DNA of 64,000 nt from a virus (Duplodnaviria; Heunggongvirae; Uroviricota; Caudoviricetes), in the IMG/VR virus record IMGVR_UViG_3300022562_000870, positions 4,184-68,183 of that record; one strand, given 5' to 3'. The translations under genes and the position numbers were made by a program. Below, piece after piece: positions 9,087 to 18,613 of the stretch (position 1 is the first letter of the stretch; every line of letters starts with the position of its first letter). The notes under the pieces were generated by a model. It made no database searches. It was not told where the DNA came from and saw only the letters and a list, made by a program, of their open reading frames with translations.

Positions 9087-9770
9087 ATGAAAAAGATAGT
9101 TGAAATACGTGCCGCAGAGGGCGGACAGGATAGCAAATTATTTGTCAATGATTTGGCAATCGCATACGAAAAAACCTTTTCTAAACTAGGCTGAAAGTCT
9201 ACACGCTCGTCCGAGCGAGATGGCTTCGTGTCTATTGAAGTCATCGGCAAAAATCTTAACCAATTAAAAAATGAAGCAGGCGGACATCGCATACAACGCG
9301 TTCCACCAACAGAACGTCGTGGTAGGGTGCATACGTCTACTGTAACTGTGGCTATTTTAGATGAAGCATACACAGCCAATTCTAAATATATGCTTCGTGA
9401 AGATCATCATTACTATTTTGAACCTTTTAAATCAACGGGTGCGGGTGGACAGCATAAGAACAAAACCCTTAGTGCTATCAAATGTATCCATATTCCTACT
9501 GGAATTAAGCAGGAAAGGTCAAGTAGGGATCAGCATAAAAACAAACGCGAAGCGCGGATTGCAGTCGATAAAATGCTGGATTCTTTGATAATTGAAGAGC
9601 AAAATGCTAATCAGAACACAGAACGCAGTGATATGGTGGGAAGCGGTATGCGTGGTGATAAAATCAGAACATACCGTTTTCAAGAAGATATCATAATTGA
9701 CCATATTTCTGATAAAAAAGTTAATCTAAAACAAGTATTTAGGGGTAACATGGATGTGTTCTGGAAATAA
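9087..9770 (+). CDS. peptide chain release factor homolog (RF1-type PxT motif, lacks domain 1; PrfH-like) interrupted by an in-frame TGA at 9192-9194
   Basis: - RBS AGGAGA upstream of ATG at 9087.
- IRAAEGGQDSKLFVNDLAIAY matches the start of RF domain 2.
- GGHRIQRVPPTERRGRVHTS carries the PxT motif.
- STGAGGQHKNKTLSAIKCIHIPTGI carries the GGQ motif.
- Both parts are in the same frame, separated only by TGA. Confidence 0.6.
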
Positions 9771-9781
9771 GGTTGACAATA

Positions 9782-9808
9782 ACCTAATAATGGTATAAAC
9801 TTGTGGCT
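9782..9808 (+). promoter_or_regulatory. possible sigma70-like promoter (TTGACA-15-TATAAA)
   Basis: TTGACA at 9782-9787 and TATAAA at 9803-9808. The spacer is short. Confidence 0.3.
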
Positions 9809-10277
9809 TTGATAGTTATGATCCATTTATAGGATAAATATTTCATGTATACAGACCCCGAAGACATTACATACCATGAATGTCCGCGTTGTCATCAAAA
9901 ATATCTTTTCACAAAGTCTGGATTGTGTAAGCTTTGCCTTGAACACGAAATAGAAAATGAAGATGTTAACGATGAAGAATATCCAGAAGACTACTTGGAG
10001 CATAACGGATGGCAATCAGAACAATAGAAATAAGACGCGTAAAAAACGATCAATATATTATTAAAATTGATGGTGAACGTGCGCGTGCAACATGGAATCA
10101 ATCATCGGTTGAATCTGCGGAAGATTATGGTTGTAGCGTTAGAGAAAGTGTTGCATCTATGATTCTTCAAGAATTGGATTCGCAATTTACATTAACGGAT
10201 GATGAACACAAAGACTATAAAAAGAAATTAAGAGAAATAATCGGTACTTAATATCATAATAAAAAGAGGTAAAATAT

Positions 10278-10622
10278 ATGCCAATGCAAGGAAAAGTATG
10301 GGGTAAAACCCAATTAATCGAACGTAATGCAAACTTTGAAGTTCATCGTATCGAAGCAAAGAAAGGTGGATTTTGTTCTAAGCACAAACATGAACACAAA
10401 TTCAACAAGTTCTTCGTTGAAAGTGGTAGATTTCAAATTGATGTTTGGCAAACAGATTACGATCTTGTAGATACTACCATTGTTGAAGCTGGTCAAAGCA
10501 CAACAGTTAAACCCGGACGCTATCACATGTTTAAAGCACTTGAAGATTCCGTGGTATATGAAATTTATTGGGTACAACTTGAAGCTGATGATATTCAGCG
10601 CGAAAACGTTGGTGGTAATTAA
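10278..10622 (+). CDS. cupin-fold protein (possibly sugar ketoisomerase-like)
   Basis: [17 protein letters not shown] has the cupin His pattern. It sits immediately upstream of kdsA. Confidence 0.4.
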   Translation: MPMQGKVWGKTQLIERNANFEVHRIEAKKGGFCSKHKHEHKFNKFFVESGRFQIDVWQTDYDLVDTTIVEAGQSTTVKPGRYHMFKALEDSVVYEIYWVQLEADDIQRENVGGN

Positions 10623-11440
10623 TGGATAATCTTTGCGGATTTGAAATCGGAGGCGATAAGCCATTTTTTCTTATTGCTGGGCCTTGTGTTATTGAAGGCG
10701 AATATATCACCATGGAAACCGCAGAAAAGTTAAAAGAAATTACTGATAAACTTAATATTGGATTCATATTTAAATCTTCTTTCGATAAAGCTAACAGAAC
10801 TTCTATAAGGGGGTTTCGTGGATTAGGTATGGAAGCAGGATTGAAAATATTAGAAAAGGTTCGTAACGAATTCAATGTACCAATATTAACAGATGTCCAT
10901 GAAGATACGCCCATTGATGAAGTAGCAAGTGTAGTTAATGTTTTACAAACGCCTGCTTTTCTTGCAAGACAAACGAATTTTATAACTCGTGTTGCAGCAA
11001 CAGGTAAACCTGTTAACATCAAGAAAGCGCAATTTATGGCACCGTGGGATATGATTAACGTTGTAGAAAAAGCCAAGTCTACTGGCAACAAACAAATCAT
11101 GGTTTGTGAACGTGGTACATCGTTTGGATATAATACGTTGGTTTCTGATATGCGCTCGTTAGTTGAATTGCGCAAAACCGGATGCCCTGTTGTATTTGAT
11201 GCTACACATTCTGTACAGATGCCCGGTGGTCAAGGAACGTCTTCTGGTGGACAGCGCGAACACGTGCCGACGTTGGCGCGTGCGGCAGTAGCGGTCGGAG
11301 TTGATGGTTTATTCATGGAAACACATCCAACGCCAGACAAGGCTTTATCTGATGGACCAAATATGGTACCATTGCATGAAATGGAAAATCTGTTGCAAGC
11401 TTTAACGTCGATAGATTATGCAGCAAAAGCATACTTATGA
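10622..11440 (+). CDS. kdsA: 2-dehydro-3-deoxyphosphooctonate aldolase (KDO-8-phosphate synthase)
   Basis: Matches bacterial KdsA across the protein: [52 protein letters not shown]. Confidence 0.85.
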   Translation: MDNLCGFEIGGDKPFFLIAGPCVIEGEYITMETAEKLKEITDKLNIGFIFKSSFDKANRTSIRGFRGLGMEAGLKILEKVRNEFNVPILTDVHEDTPIDEVASVVNVLQTPAFLARQTNFITRVAATGKPVNIKKAQFMAPWDMINVVEKAKSTGNKQIMVCERGTSFGYNTLVSDMRSLVELRKTGCPVVFDATHSVQMPGGQGTSSGGQREHVPTLARAAVAVGVDGLFMETHPTPDKALSDGPNMVPLHEMENLLQALTSIDYAAKAYL

Positions 11441-11883
11441 TTACTAATCTACAACTTGGTGCCAAGCTTTTACAGAAACGTTTAAAACCAAAAGAAAACG
11501 ATGATATGTACTACGGTGCTATAGTTCAAGAAGGACAAACTGCTGTTTGGTGTAACCTAAACAATGATTATGATTTATTAGAATCAGATATAAAACAGTT
11601 AAAACATTTAGGTTTTGTAATAGAAACTGACGGCGATATTTCCTTTTATTTTGGTGACGAAAAAGAAATTTGTACATGATATTAAAACGTATTGATGAAA
11701 TACTACGGGCAAAGCAACTAATGAAAATTTTTCAGGAGTGTGTAAACAATCCTGAAGCATATTTGATGGAAAAGAATAGACTTGGGACAGAATTTTTCGT
11801 AAATTTTTGGAAAAGTGGATTCAACGATGCTGCGAATGTTTATAATAAAACAAAATTTTGGTTTATGCGAAAAGTAAAACTTT

Positions 11884-12276
11884 ATGAATGATACTAAACA
11901 AGTTATAGTTCTTAGAAAAGATTTAAACATGCGCAAAGGTAAAATGGTTGCCCAAGGTGCACATGCTTCTATGAAAGCTATATTTGACCGTGGTAGAATA
12001 CGTAATCCAGACAGCAACGTGTTTGTTGTCGAAATGACGCCCGAAATGAAAGCGTGGATGATGGGAATTTTCACAAAAGTTTGCGTGAGTGTTAACAGCG
12101 AAGAAGAACTTCTAAATATACACAAACAAGCAGAAGATGCCGGATTAATTTGTAGTTTGATACAAGATGCTGGCTTAACGGAATTTGATGGTGTACCAAC
12201 ATATACGGCTGTTGCAGTTGGTCCTGCGAAACGCGAAGATGTAGATAAAATAACTGGACATTTAAAGTTATTATAA
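11884..12276 (+). CDS. peptidyl-tRNA hydrolase, PTH2 family
   Basis: VLRKDLNMRKGKMVAQGAHAS matches the Pth2 signature (VVRxDLxMGKGKxAAQCxHAA). Size about 130 aa. Confidence 0.7.
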   Translation: MNDTKQVIVLRKDLNMRKGKMVAQGAHASMKAIFDRGRIRNPDSNVFVVEMTPEMKAWMMGIFTKVCVSVNSEEELLNIHKQAEDAGLICSLIQDAGLTEFDGVPTYTAVAVGPAKREDVDKITGHLKLL

Positions 12277-12285
12277 AGCCCGATT

Positions 12286-12357
12286 AGCTGAGTTGGTTTA
12301 GCAACGCACTTGTAATGCGTAGACGGTGGTTCGAATCCGCCATTGGGCACCAATACT
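12286..12357 (+). tRNA. tRNA-Thr (UGU); CCA encoded
   Basis: Acceptor GCCCGAT/ATTGGGC. Anticodon stem ACGCA/TGCGT with loop CTTGTAA. T-arm GGTGG-TTCGAAT-CCGCC. Confidence 0.7.
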
Positions 12358-12368
12358 ATAGGTGATAT

Positions 12369-12707
12369 ATGATACAAAACGGTATAATATTCCGTGATGA
12401 GGAAGACCAAATATGGCTTGGTAAGTACGAAGATGGTACTATCAAATCATTTGAAAGTTTAGCAGATTATGAAGGGTTTTATGACGATTTGCCGCTGGAA
12501 AGACTTGTTTTCGTGGAAATTGATGAACAAGGTGAACAATTGTGGATAAAAGATCTTTTTACTTTCACGGTTGGGAAAGATGACGGAACTAATGAAGATA
12601 TAGATCCTGTTGTCATAACGCAGGTTTTAGAAGATCTTGGATTTCCAAGCGAAGAAAGTAATGACATGTTTGCAAGCTTTCTTACAGCAGCAGGTAAGGC
12701 AAATTAA
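12369..12707 (+). CDS. hypothetical acidic protein
   Basis: ORF between two tRNAs. Confidence 0.35.
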   Translation: MIQNGIIFRDEEDQIWLGKYEDGTIKSFESLADYEGFYDDLPLERLVFVEIDEQGEQLWIKDLFTFTVGKDDGTNEDIDPVVITQVLEDLGFPSEESNDMFASFLTAAGKAN

Positions 12708-12711
12708 TTAT

Positions 12712-12784
12712 TGGTCTGTAGTTCAATGGTAGAACGCCACCGTGACATGGTGGAGAAGTGGGTCCGACTCCCTCCAGATCAACC
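12712..12784 (+). tRNA. tRNA-Val (GAC) with an unusual T-loop (TCCGACT); CCA encoded
   Basis: Acceptor TGGTCTG/CAGATCA. D-stem GTTC/GAAC. Anticodon stem CCACC/GGTGG with loop GTGACAT. Confidence 0.55.
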
Positions 12785-12884
12785 AAATGTATTAGGTAAT
12801 AAATAACTGATTATGAATACTATAATTTTATTTTTTCAAAAAGGACACGGCTTTCGATCTTAGTGAAACTAAGAGGAGAAAGCA

Positions 12885-13529
12885 ATGTACTATCAAAACG
12901 AACCTGGTATCTATGTATACTATCTTGAACGTGTTTATTATAAACATGAATTAGATGTTATCGGTGAATTAAAGCTTAAATGTGTTTATTATAAATCTAT
13001 AGAAGATTTTATCTGGAAACACAACGAAGATACACTAAAAAACTGCTTTGGATATTCACCATATGATAAAATTTGCCAAGGAACCGTAGATAATCTCTAC
13101 CGCCGTAGCAAATATCATAGAAGACTCTATAATTACAAAACCGTAAAATGCGGAAAAACTAATTGTAGCGATCCAGAACATAGACACAACTTCAATCGTG
13201 TACGTGTCGTTTATGACCACAATGGGAATTTATATACACCAGATAGACTTATAGGATTACGTCGTAAATGGCTTCGCGAAAGAAAAAGCCGTTACTGGTA
13301 TGGATTTTCTGGAAGAAAACGTCGTCGTTGTTCCAGCCATCGCTCTATGCGCACTTTCCAAGAACGCAAATGGGCACATGCTTGGGATGATGAAGAATTT
13401 GCACCACGAGTACGTGCTGCAAGACAAGGTAAAAATCTTCCAGACGCTTGGGATGATTGGCATCGTCACAATGACAAGTGCTGGAAAACACAAAGTAAAC
13501 GCAAACATCAGTGGAAGGAGAAGAAATAA
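12885..13529 (+). CDS. hypothetical basic protein
   Basis: AGGAGA RBS. Lys/Arg-rich C-terminus. Confidence 0.4.
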   Translation: MYYQNEPGIYVYYLERVYYKHELDVIGELKLKCVYYKSIEDFIWKHNEDTLKNCFGYSPYDKICQGTVDNLYRRSKYHRRLYNYKTVKCGKTNCSDPEHRHNFNRVRVVYDHNGNLYTPDRLIGLRRKWLRERKSRYWYGFSGRKRRRCSSHRSMRTFQERKWAHAWDDEEFAPRVRAARQGKNLPDAWDDWHRHNDKCWKTQSKRKHQWKEKK

Positions 13530-13855
13530 TGACACATATGTGGAAAAGTGAAGAAGTATATACATTTGATATGCCATTATCACGCATTGATGATGTATAT
13601 GGAAAAAATGCTCGCTATCCATTATGGGCTTACTTGAAATATTATAATCCAAAAATAACGGATATGAAATTTGATGCAAAGTGCCCGGGATTACACGTAA
13701 TAGTATCTGTTCCTAAATACCACGGAAGTCATCCGTATTTCACCAACGAAGATGTGAAGAAGCTACTTGACACATATATGGATTATGCAAATGCTTCATA
13801 TAAAGAAATTGAAGCATGGTATAAAACAAAAGGATCGAATAATGTCAAGCCGTGA
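13511..13855 (+). CDS. hypothetical protein
   Basis: ORF overlapping its neighbours. Confidence 0.35.
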   Translation: MEGEEIMTHMWKSEEVYTFDMPLSRIDDVYGKNARYPLWAYLKYYNPKITDMKFDAKCPGLHVIVSVPKYHGSHPYFTNEDVKKLLDTYMDYANASYKEIEAWYKTKGSNNVKP

Positions 13856-14080
13856 TGGATTTGATTTAGAATATTTTGTTGAAGATTCTTTCAGAAATAT
13901 TACTAAAGAACAAGAAGAAGCTATCGTCGAATTGTTGGAACCCGAAAGGGAATCAATTGAATACTTCATATTGTATGATTTTGATGAAGAAACCATGTCA
14001 TGGCGTGACTATCGTAATGGAATGTGGTATAATCTCGAACAGTACGAAGATCGTATAAACAATATCTTAAAGGATGAATA

Positions 14081-14365
14081 ATGTTAATAGCTTTAGACTT
14101 TGATGGAACATATACGGCAGATCCAGAACTGTGGGATATGTTTATAAAACAGTCGCGTGAACGCGGCCATGAAGTAATAATCGCAACAATGCGCTATGCG
14201 GATAGTCTGGAAAGTGTGGGTGTAGAATGCATCCTCAAAGATAAAGTAGATAGAATCATTTATACCAATCGAAAAGCCAAAAAATCTTCCGTTCGTGTGC
14301 AGTATAAAGACCCAGATATATGGATTGATGATAATCCTGATTGGTTATACGAAGACGCACTATAA
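14081..14365 (+). CDS. small HAD-like phosphatase-fold protein
   Basis: N-terminal LDFDGTYT matches the DxDGT motif I of HAD phosphatases. Confidence 0.4.
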   Translation: MLIALDFDGTYTADPELWDMFIKQSRERGHEVIIATMRYADSLESVGVECILKDKVDRIIYTNRKAKKSSVRVQYKDPDIWIDDNPDWLYEDAL

Positions 14366-14366
14366 A

Positions 14367-14439
14367 TGCTTGATAAACTTTGCTGGTGAAGCCTGCTCTC
14401 GTAAAGCAGTGGAAGGCGGTTCGAATCCGCCATCAAGCT
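14367..14439 (+). tRNA. tRNA-Thr (CGU); CCA encoded
   Basis: Acceptor GCTTGAT/ATCAAGC. Anticodon stem CTGCT/AGCAG with loop CTCGTAA. T-arm GGCGG-TTCGAAT-CCGCC. Confidence 0.7.
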
Positions 14440-14530
14440 CCATTCCCCCTTTAACCTAAAAAAATCATTGCAATTATGTTCAAAATGTCGTATCATCTTT
14501 GTGTTAAATTCTTTTTAGAAGGTTACAGAA

Positions 14531-15943
14531 ATGAACGAAGAAACGAATGAAGAACTTTTAGACAAAATAGTAGAAGCTGCTGAAAAAGAACCAGCACCAT
14601 TTGAATTAATCGTTGGGGGTGAGAGGGGCGAAATTACAAATGGTGATGTGCCTGTTAGATGGTGTGTTACACCAGAACTTGTAAAACAAATGGAAGATGC
14701 TGGTGTTAAAGACCCACATGTTCTATTAGTTACAGCAACGCCAAAAGCGCGGGAAATGCACAGGCAACTAATTCCACTTACCGAATTAAAAGCATATGTA
14801 CGCTTTTACAAAGCAGGCGAACAAAAACTATATGGTTTTATAATTAATGGTGCAAAGGGGCGCAGATTCCTTCATAGCGCGTATTTGCAAAAAACATACA
14901 GAGGTTATAATACGGATATATTCTGTACATGGGATGAACGAGCGTATGACGAAATCGATGAAGAATTTGCGCGAACAGAAATAACACTAGATATTCCTGC
15001 CAATGTTTTTGGTAAAGAACCAAGTCCTTGGATGAAATGGTACGTCAATCTTTGGCATCCAACCTATAATACTGTTGATGAATGTCATTATCGTAAGCGC
15101 TGGCTTCTAGCGTTTTCAATTAAATGGATCTTTGTTATAGCATGGGCTATATTGTACACCACGTTTCGCATCGGTGTTGCGGCGGTGATGTCATTAGGAG
15201 GATATTTTAAACAAATAGAATGGAAGCTATTATTAAGACCATATAAATGGCATAGCATGGATCATGTGTTTGGTGATTTTGATTTTTCGGATAGTTTTTT
15301 CTTTATCAAACGCGAGCAGGTAACTTCATATGGTGCAGTGTTTGAGCGGTTTATATTTTTTCCCTTTGTATTAAATCCATTAATTCTTACAGTGTTGGGA
15401 TTAATTTATCTAACAGTGCCCGAAACGGGACAGTTAGTAATGCAAATCCTGTTTGGAATAGCATTAGGTATGTTTCTAATATTCGATATATTCATCTTTC
15501 TCTGTGATTACTTTGAAAAACATGGAACTTTTGGAATAAATGGTACAGTTGGTAAATATATTAACAAATTACCAATGCCAGAATTTGAAGCTAAATTTTT
15601 CAAAATTGTTGGAATTATTGCATTAGTTGGAATAGTACTCGGAGCATTATTTCTTGTTTGCTTCAAATTCGAACTCTTATTGCAAGTATTTTTGCCAGTA
15701 GCAGTTGCGGCTGTGTTAGCATGGATATTTGTTAAATATGGATTGGATTTGTTGGACAGATTTGATAATTTTATTTCCGTATCACCGGCAAAGAACGATT
15801 ACACCGAAATACGAGAACTTTTATGTCCAAGGGATAAACTAAACCTATCAACAGATACGGCTTTTATTCCACCAGAAAAACGCACTATACGTTTATGGTA
15901 TAATGACATGAAGAACAAAGTTTGTAAACCTATGCAACGATAA
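14531..15943 (+). CDS. hypothetical multi-pass membrane protein (470 aa)
   Basis: Soluble N-terminal half and a C-terminal half with several hydrophobic helices. Confidence 0.5.
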   Translation: MNEETNEELLDKIVEAAEKEPAPFELIVGGERGEITNGDVPVRWCVTPELVKQMEDAGVKDPHVLLVTATPKAREMHRQLIPLTELKAYVRFYKAGEQKLYGFIINGAKGRRFLHSAYLQKTYRGYNTDIFCTWDERAYDEIDEEFARTEITLDIPANVFGKEPSPWMKWYVNLWHPTYNTVDECHYRKRWLLAFSIKWIFVIAWAILYTTFRIGVAAVMSLGGYFKQIEWKLLLRPYKWHSMDHVFGDFDFSDSFFFIKREQVTSYGAVFERFIFFPFVLNPLILTVLGLIYLTVPETGQLVMQILFGIALGMFLIFDIFIFLCDYFEKHGTFGINGTVGKYINKLPMPEFEAKFFKIVGIIALVGIVLGALFLVCFKFELLLQVFLPVAVAAVLAWIFVKYGLDLLDRFDNFISVSPAKNDYTEIRELLCPRDKLNLSTDTAFIPPEKRTIRLWYNDMKNKVCKPMQR

Positions 15944-15964
15944 GGGTTTTATAGATATAAATAC

Positions 15965-15994
15965 GAGGCGGATGCATCACGTATCCGCCTTTTT
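15965..15994 (+). terminator. rho-independent terminator
   Basis: GGCGGAT-loop-ATCCGCC hairpin followed by TTTTT. Confidence 0.6.
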
Positions 15995-16088
15995 ACTTTA
16001 TAGGAGACAATTATGAACATGAAAACGTGAAAGCCCATGCCGCTGCTGACAATATCGTCAGGTGCTGGATGTGGGCTAGGAGAAAGTC

Positions 16089-16385
16089 ATGTTCAAAAAT
16101 ATGTCCCGTGCGATTCGTCGCCACCATCGTGCTCGTTTAAAGAAAGCCCGTCAAAATTATTGGGGATATGGAAAATTCGGTTGGCGCAGTTACTGCCAAT
16201 TTGAAACCATAAAAATGTCACCCCAAGTCCATGGAAGTGTAGTAAATACCCCAACCCCTTGTTCTTGTTATATGTGTGGTAATCCACGTCGTAATACATG
16301 GCAAAGTGCAAAAGAATGCCTTACGATGCAAGAACGTCGAGCTTTTGAAGATTATAAATACAACATCGAAGAATTAATAAAATAA
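16089..16385 (+). CDS. hypothetical Cys-containing protein
   Basis: ORF after a terminator, with an AGGAGAAAG RBS. Confidence 0.35.
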   Translation: MFKNMSRAIRRHHRARLKKARQNYWGYGKFGWRSYCQFETIKMSPQVHGSVVNTPTPCSCYMCGNPRRNTWQSAKECLTMQERRAFEDYKYNIEELIK

Positions 16386-16407
16386 TTAAAACAGTAGGAT
16401 AATAAAA

Positions 16408-17121
16408 ATGATAAAGCCTATAATGCTTTGGATAACATCACGCAGTCGCTCTTCAATGGTATCAAGGATTTTTGCTGAACATGGAATTTTTTGGGGTAAT
16501 ACGCAAAGACAATCGGCGGGATATGATACTTATGAAAATCAAACTATAAAAAGCTTGCAACATAAATTTAAACCTAAATGGTGGGTAGATCATAGAAGTC
16601 CTATCCGCGCACCAGAAAGCGTATTTTTAGAATTTCAACGCGCATTAGAAAAAGTAATACCCGAAAATGTTATATGGTCTATGAAAACTGGAGTGGAATA
16701 TTTTCCTGCGTATGAAAGTTTGGAACCATATAATATATTCATTAAACGAAAACCTGAAGATGTTGCAAAATCGTTGATTGAAAAAAACTTTAGTGCTGCA
16801 TTTAATAGAACTAAAGATTCTGTTAATAAAACCAAAGCATTAACTAATGCAATTAGAGGCATATCACTCACCGAAATTCATGCGCTATTAGATAAAACCA
16901 ACCACGAATTAAATAAAAAATACAATTCGTTAATAGCGGAGGCGTTGGAAACTATAACAGCTAGATATGAATATATGGATATTATTCAAGCCAAACATGG
17001 TGGTATATTTGTAGATACTGATAAGATTGTTAATGGTGATTTTTCCGAAATTAAAATGGCCATGGAATATTGTGGTATAGAATACAATGAAGAATTAACA
17101 AAAAAGGCTATTGTAAAATGA
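16408..17121 (+). CDS. hypothetical protein (first gene of the sugar-modification cluster)
   Basis: ORF with ATGA overlap to the downstream gene. Confidence 0.4.
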   Translation: MIKPIMLWITSRSRSSMVSRIFAEHGIFWGNTQRQSAGYDTYENQTIKSLQHKFKPKWWVDHRSPIRAPESVFLEFQRALEKVIPENVIWSMKTGVEYFPAYESLEPYNIFIKRKPEDVAKSLIEKNFSAAFNRTKDSVNKTKALTNAIRGISLTEIHALLDKTNHELNKKYNSLIAEALETITARYEYMDIIQAKHGGIFVDTDKIVNGDFSEIKMAMEYCGIEYNEELTKKAIVK

Positions 17122-17918
17122 AATTTGAAGATGATGTAAAAGAAAAGATGGAAGATTTACCGGCTAAAGAAATTGCAAGAATAACCGACAAAACTCCGCC
17201 CAAAAACTGTCCCCTTGGCGATCCTATTGAACCAATCTATAAAGGCGAAACTGCTATCCTAATAGCAACTGGTCCAAGTCTTAACGATGATCAACTTGAA
17301 TTTGTAAAGAAGCAGCAAGACGCTGGCAAATGTCGTGTTTTTACTATAAACAATGTATACCAGCGCGTTCCATGGACAGATGCACATCTTTCTTGTGATG
17401 GTCCTTGGTGGAGATGGTATGGACCACGTTCACAAAAACTTAAAGACCTTAAATGTCCAAAATATACTTGGTACTATGATATTGCACAAGAATTAAAAGA
17501 GTTTGGTGTAAAATATATCCGGGCGATAGAAAAACCCGGATTATCGCTCGATCCACGCACAATACATATTAACCATGGCAGTGGTCCAATGTGGATTAAT
17601 TTAGCATTACATTTTGGTATTAAACGGCTGGTATTAATTGGACATGATATGAAATTTGCACCGGATTATAAGCCACATGAAAAAATGCCAGGTTCAACAC
17701 CACGACATTATTTTAATGAATATCCTGGTCCTTTACAACACTGGCCAAGTGTTAAAGTTGGTTTATCTAAACCCGGCGTTTTAGATGGATTAATAGAAGC
17801 GTATAAAAAGATGATTCCACAACTTGAAGAAGTTGGTATGGATGTTGTTAATTGTACTCCTGATTCTGCACTAACAATTTTTAGAATGTCAACATTAGAA
17901 GAAGAGTTTAAAGAATGA
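17118..17918 (+). CDS. DUF115/MptE-like (Maf-type glycosyltransferase-like) protein
   Basis: Architecture and motifs (ILIATGPSL, FTINNVY) resemble the 6-hydroxymethylpterin diphosphokinase MptE-like domain of Maf proteins. Tentative. Confidence 0.4.
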   Translation: MKFEDDVKEKMEDLPAKEIARITDKTPPKNCPLGDPIEPIYKGETAILIATGPSLNDDQLEFVKKQQDAGKCRVFTINNVYQRVPWTDAHLSCDGPWWRWYGPRSQKLKDLKCPKYTWYYDIAQELKEFGVKYIRAIEKPGLSLDPRTIHINHGSGPMWINLALHFGIKRLVLIGHDMKFAPDYKPHEKMPGSTPRHYFNEYPGPLQHWPSVKVGLSKPGVLDGLIEAYKKMIPQLEEVGMDVVNCTPDSALTIFRMSTLEEEFKE

Positions 17919-18601
17919 TAGATTATATGGATTTTGAATATGGATTTACATGGACAAGTAATACCAAATGGATGATGCCATCCGATGAAAAACTATTCCA
18001 AAATCAATTTGCTATTGTAGATGAATTTATAGATACAACATTAGCATATATTCCAAAAAACAACCGGGAGGTTTGTATACAGGCAGGTGCTTGTATAGGG
18101 CTTTGGCCTATAAAGTATTCAAACTTTTTTGAAAAAGTTATCACTTTTGAACCACTATTAGAAACCTACAATTGCGCGGTAGAAAATATTAAACGCTGCA
18201 ACGTAAACAATATTGATATATTTAATCGAGCACTAGGCCCTAATACAAAAGTAAAAATGAAATATTCTAAAGAAAAAAATCTATCTCGTTCATATGGTGC
18301 ATATCATGTAGTTGAAGCAACAGATGGCATGGAAACTATGCCTATAGATGATATCCCATTAAATGGAAAACGAGTAAGTCATATACAGCTCGATGTTGAA
18401 GGGTATGAACTTAAAGCTTTAAAAAGTGCACAAAATGTAATTAAAACTTTTAGACCCGTAATTGTAATCGAACAAAGATCTTTAAGCCATTTACATACCC
18501 TTGGTGTTAAAATTAATAGTGCAAAAGAATGGTTGGAAAATGAGCAAGGATATATAGTTAAGGAAAGAATCGGTAACGATTTTATAATGATATCAAAATA
18601 A
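17915..18601 (+). CDS. FkbM-family methyltransferase
   Basis: VCIQAGACIGLWP (the FkbM DxGAxxG-like motif) and C-terminal conserved blocks. Confidence 0.5.
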   Translation: MIDYMDFEYGFTWTSNTKWMMPSDEKLFQNQFAIVDEFIDTTLAYIPKNNREVCIQAGACIGLWPIKYSNFFEKVITFEPLLETYNCAVENIKRCNVNNIDIFNRALGPNTKVKMKYSKEKNLSRSYGAYHVVEATDGMETMPIDDIPLNGKRVSHIQLDVEGYELKALKSAQNVIKTFRPVIVIEQRSLSHLHTLGVKINSAKEWLENEQGYIVKERIGNDFIMISK

Positions 18602-18613
18602 TAAGGAAAAGAG

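Noticed and set aside
9192-9194. Treating the release-factor homolog as two independent ORFs (8988-9194 and 9228-9770)
   Set aside because: The two parts are in the same frame, separated by a single TGA, and together reconstitute contiguous RF domains 2-4. The upstream ATG at 8988 lacks an RBS, while ATG 9087 has AGGAGA. A pseudogene remains an alternative and is noted in the findings.
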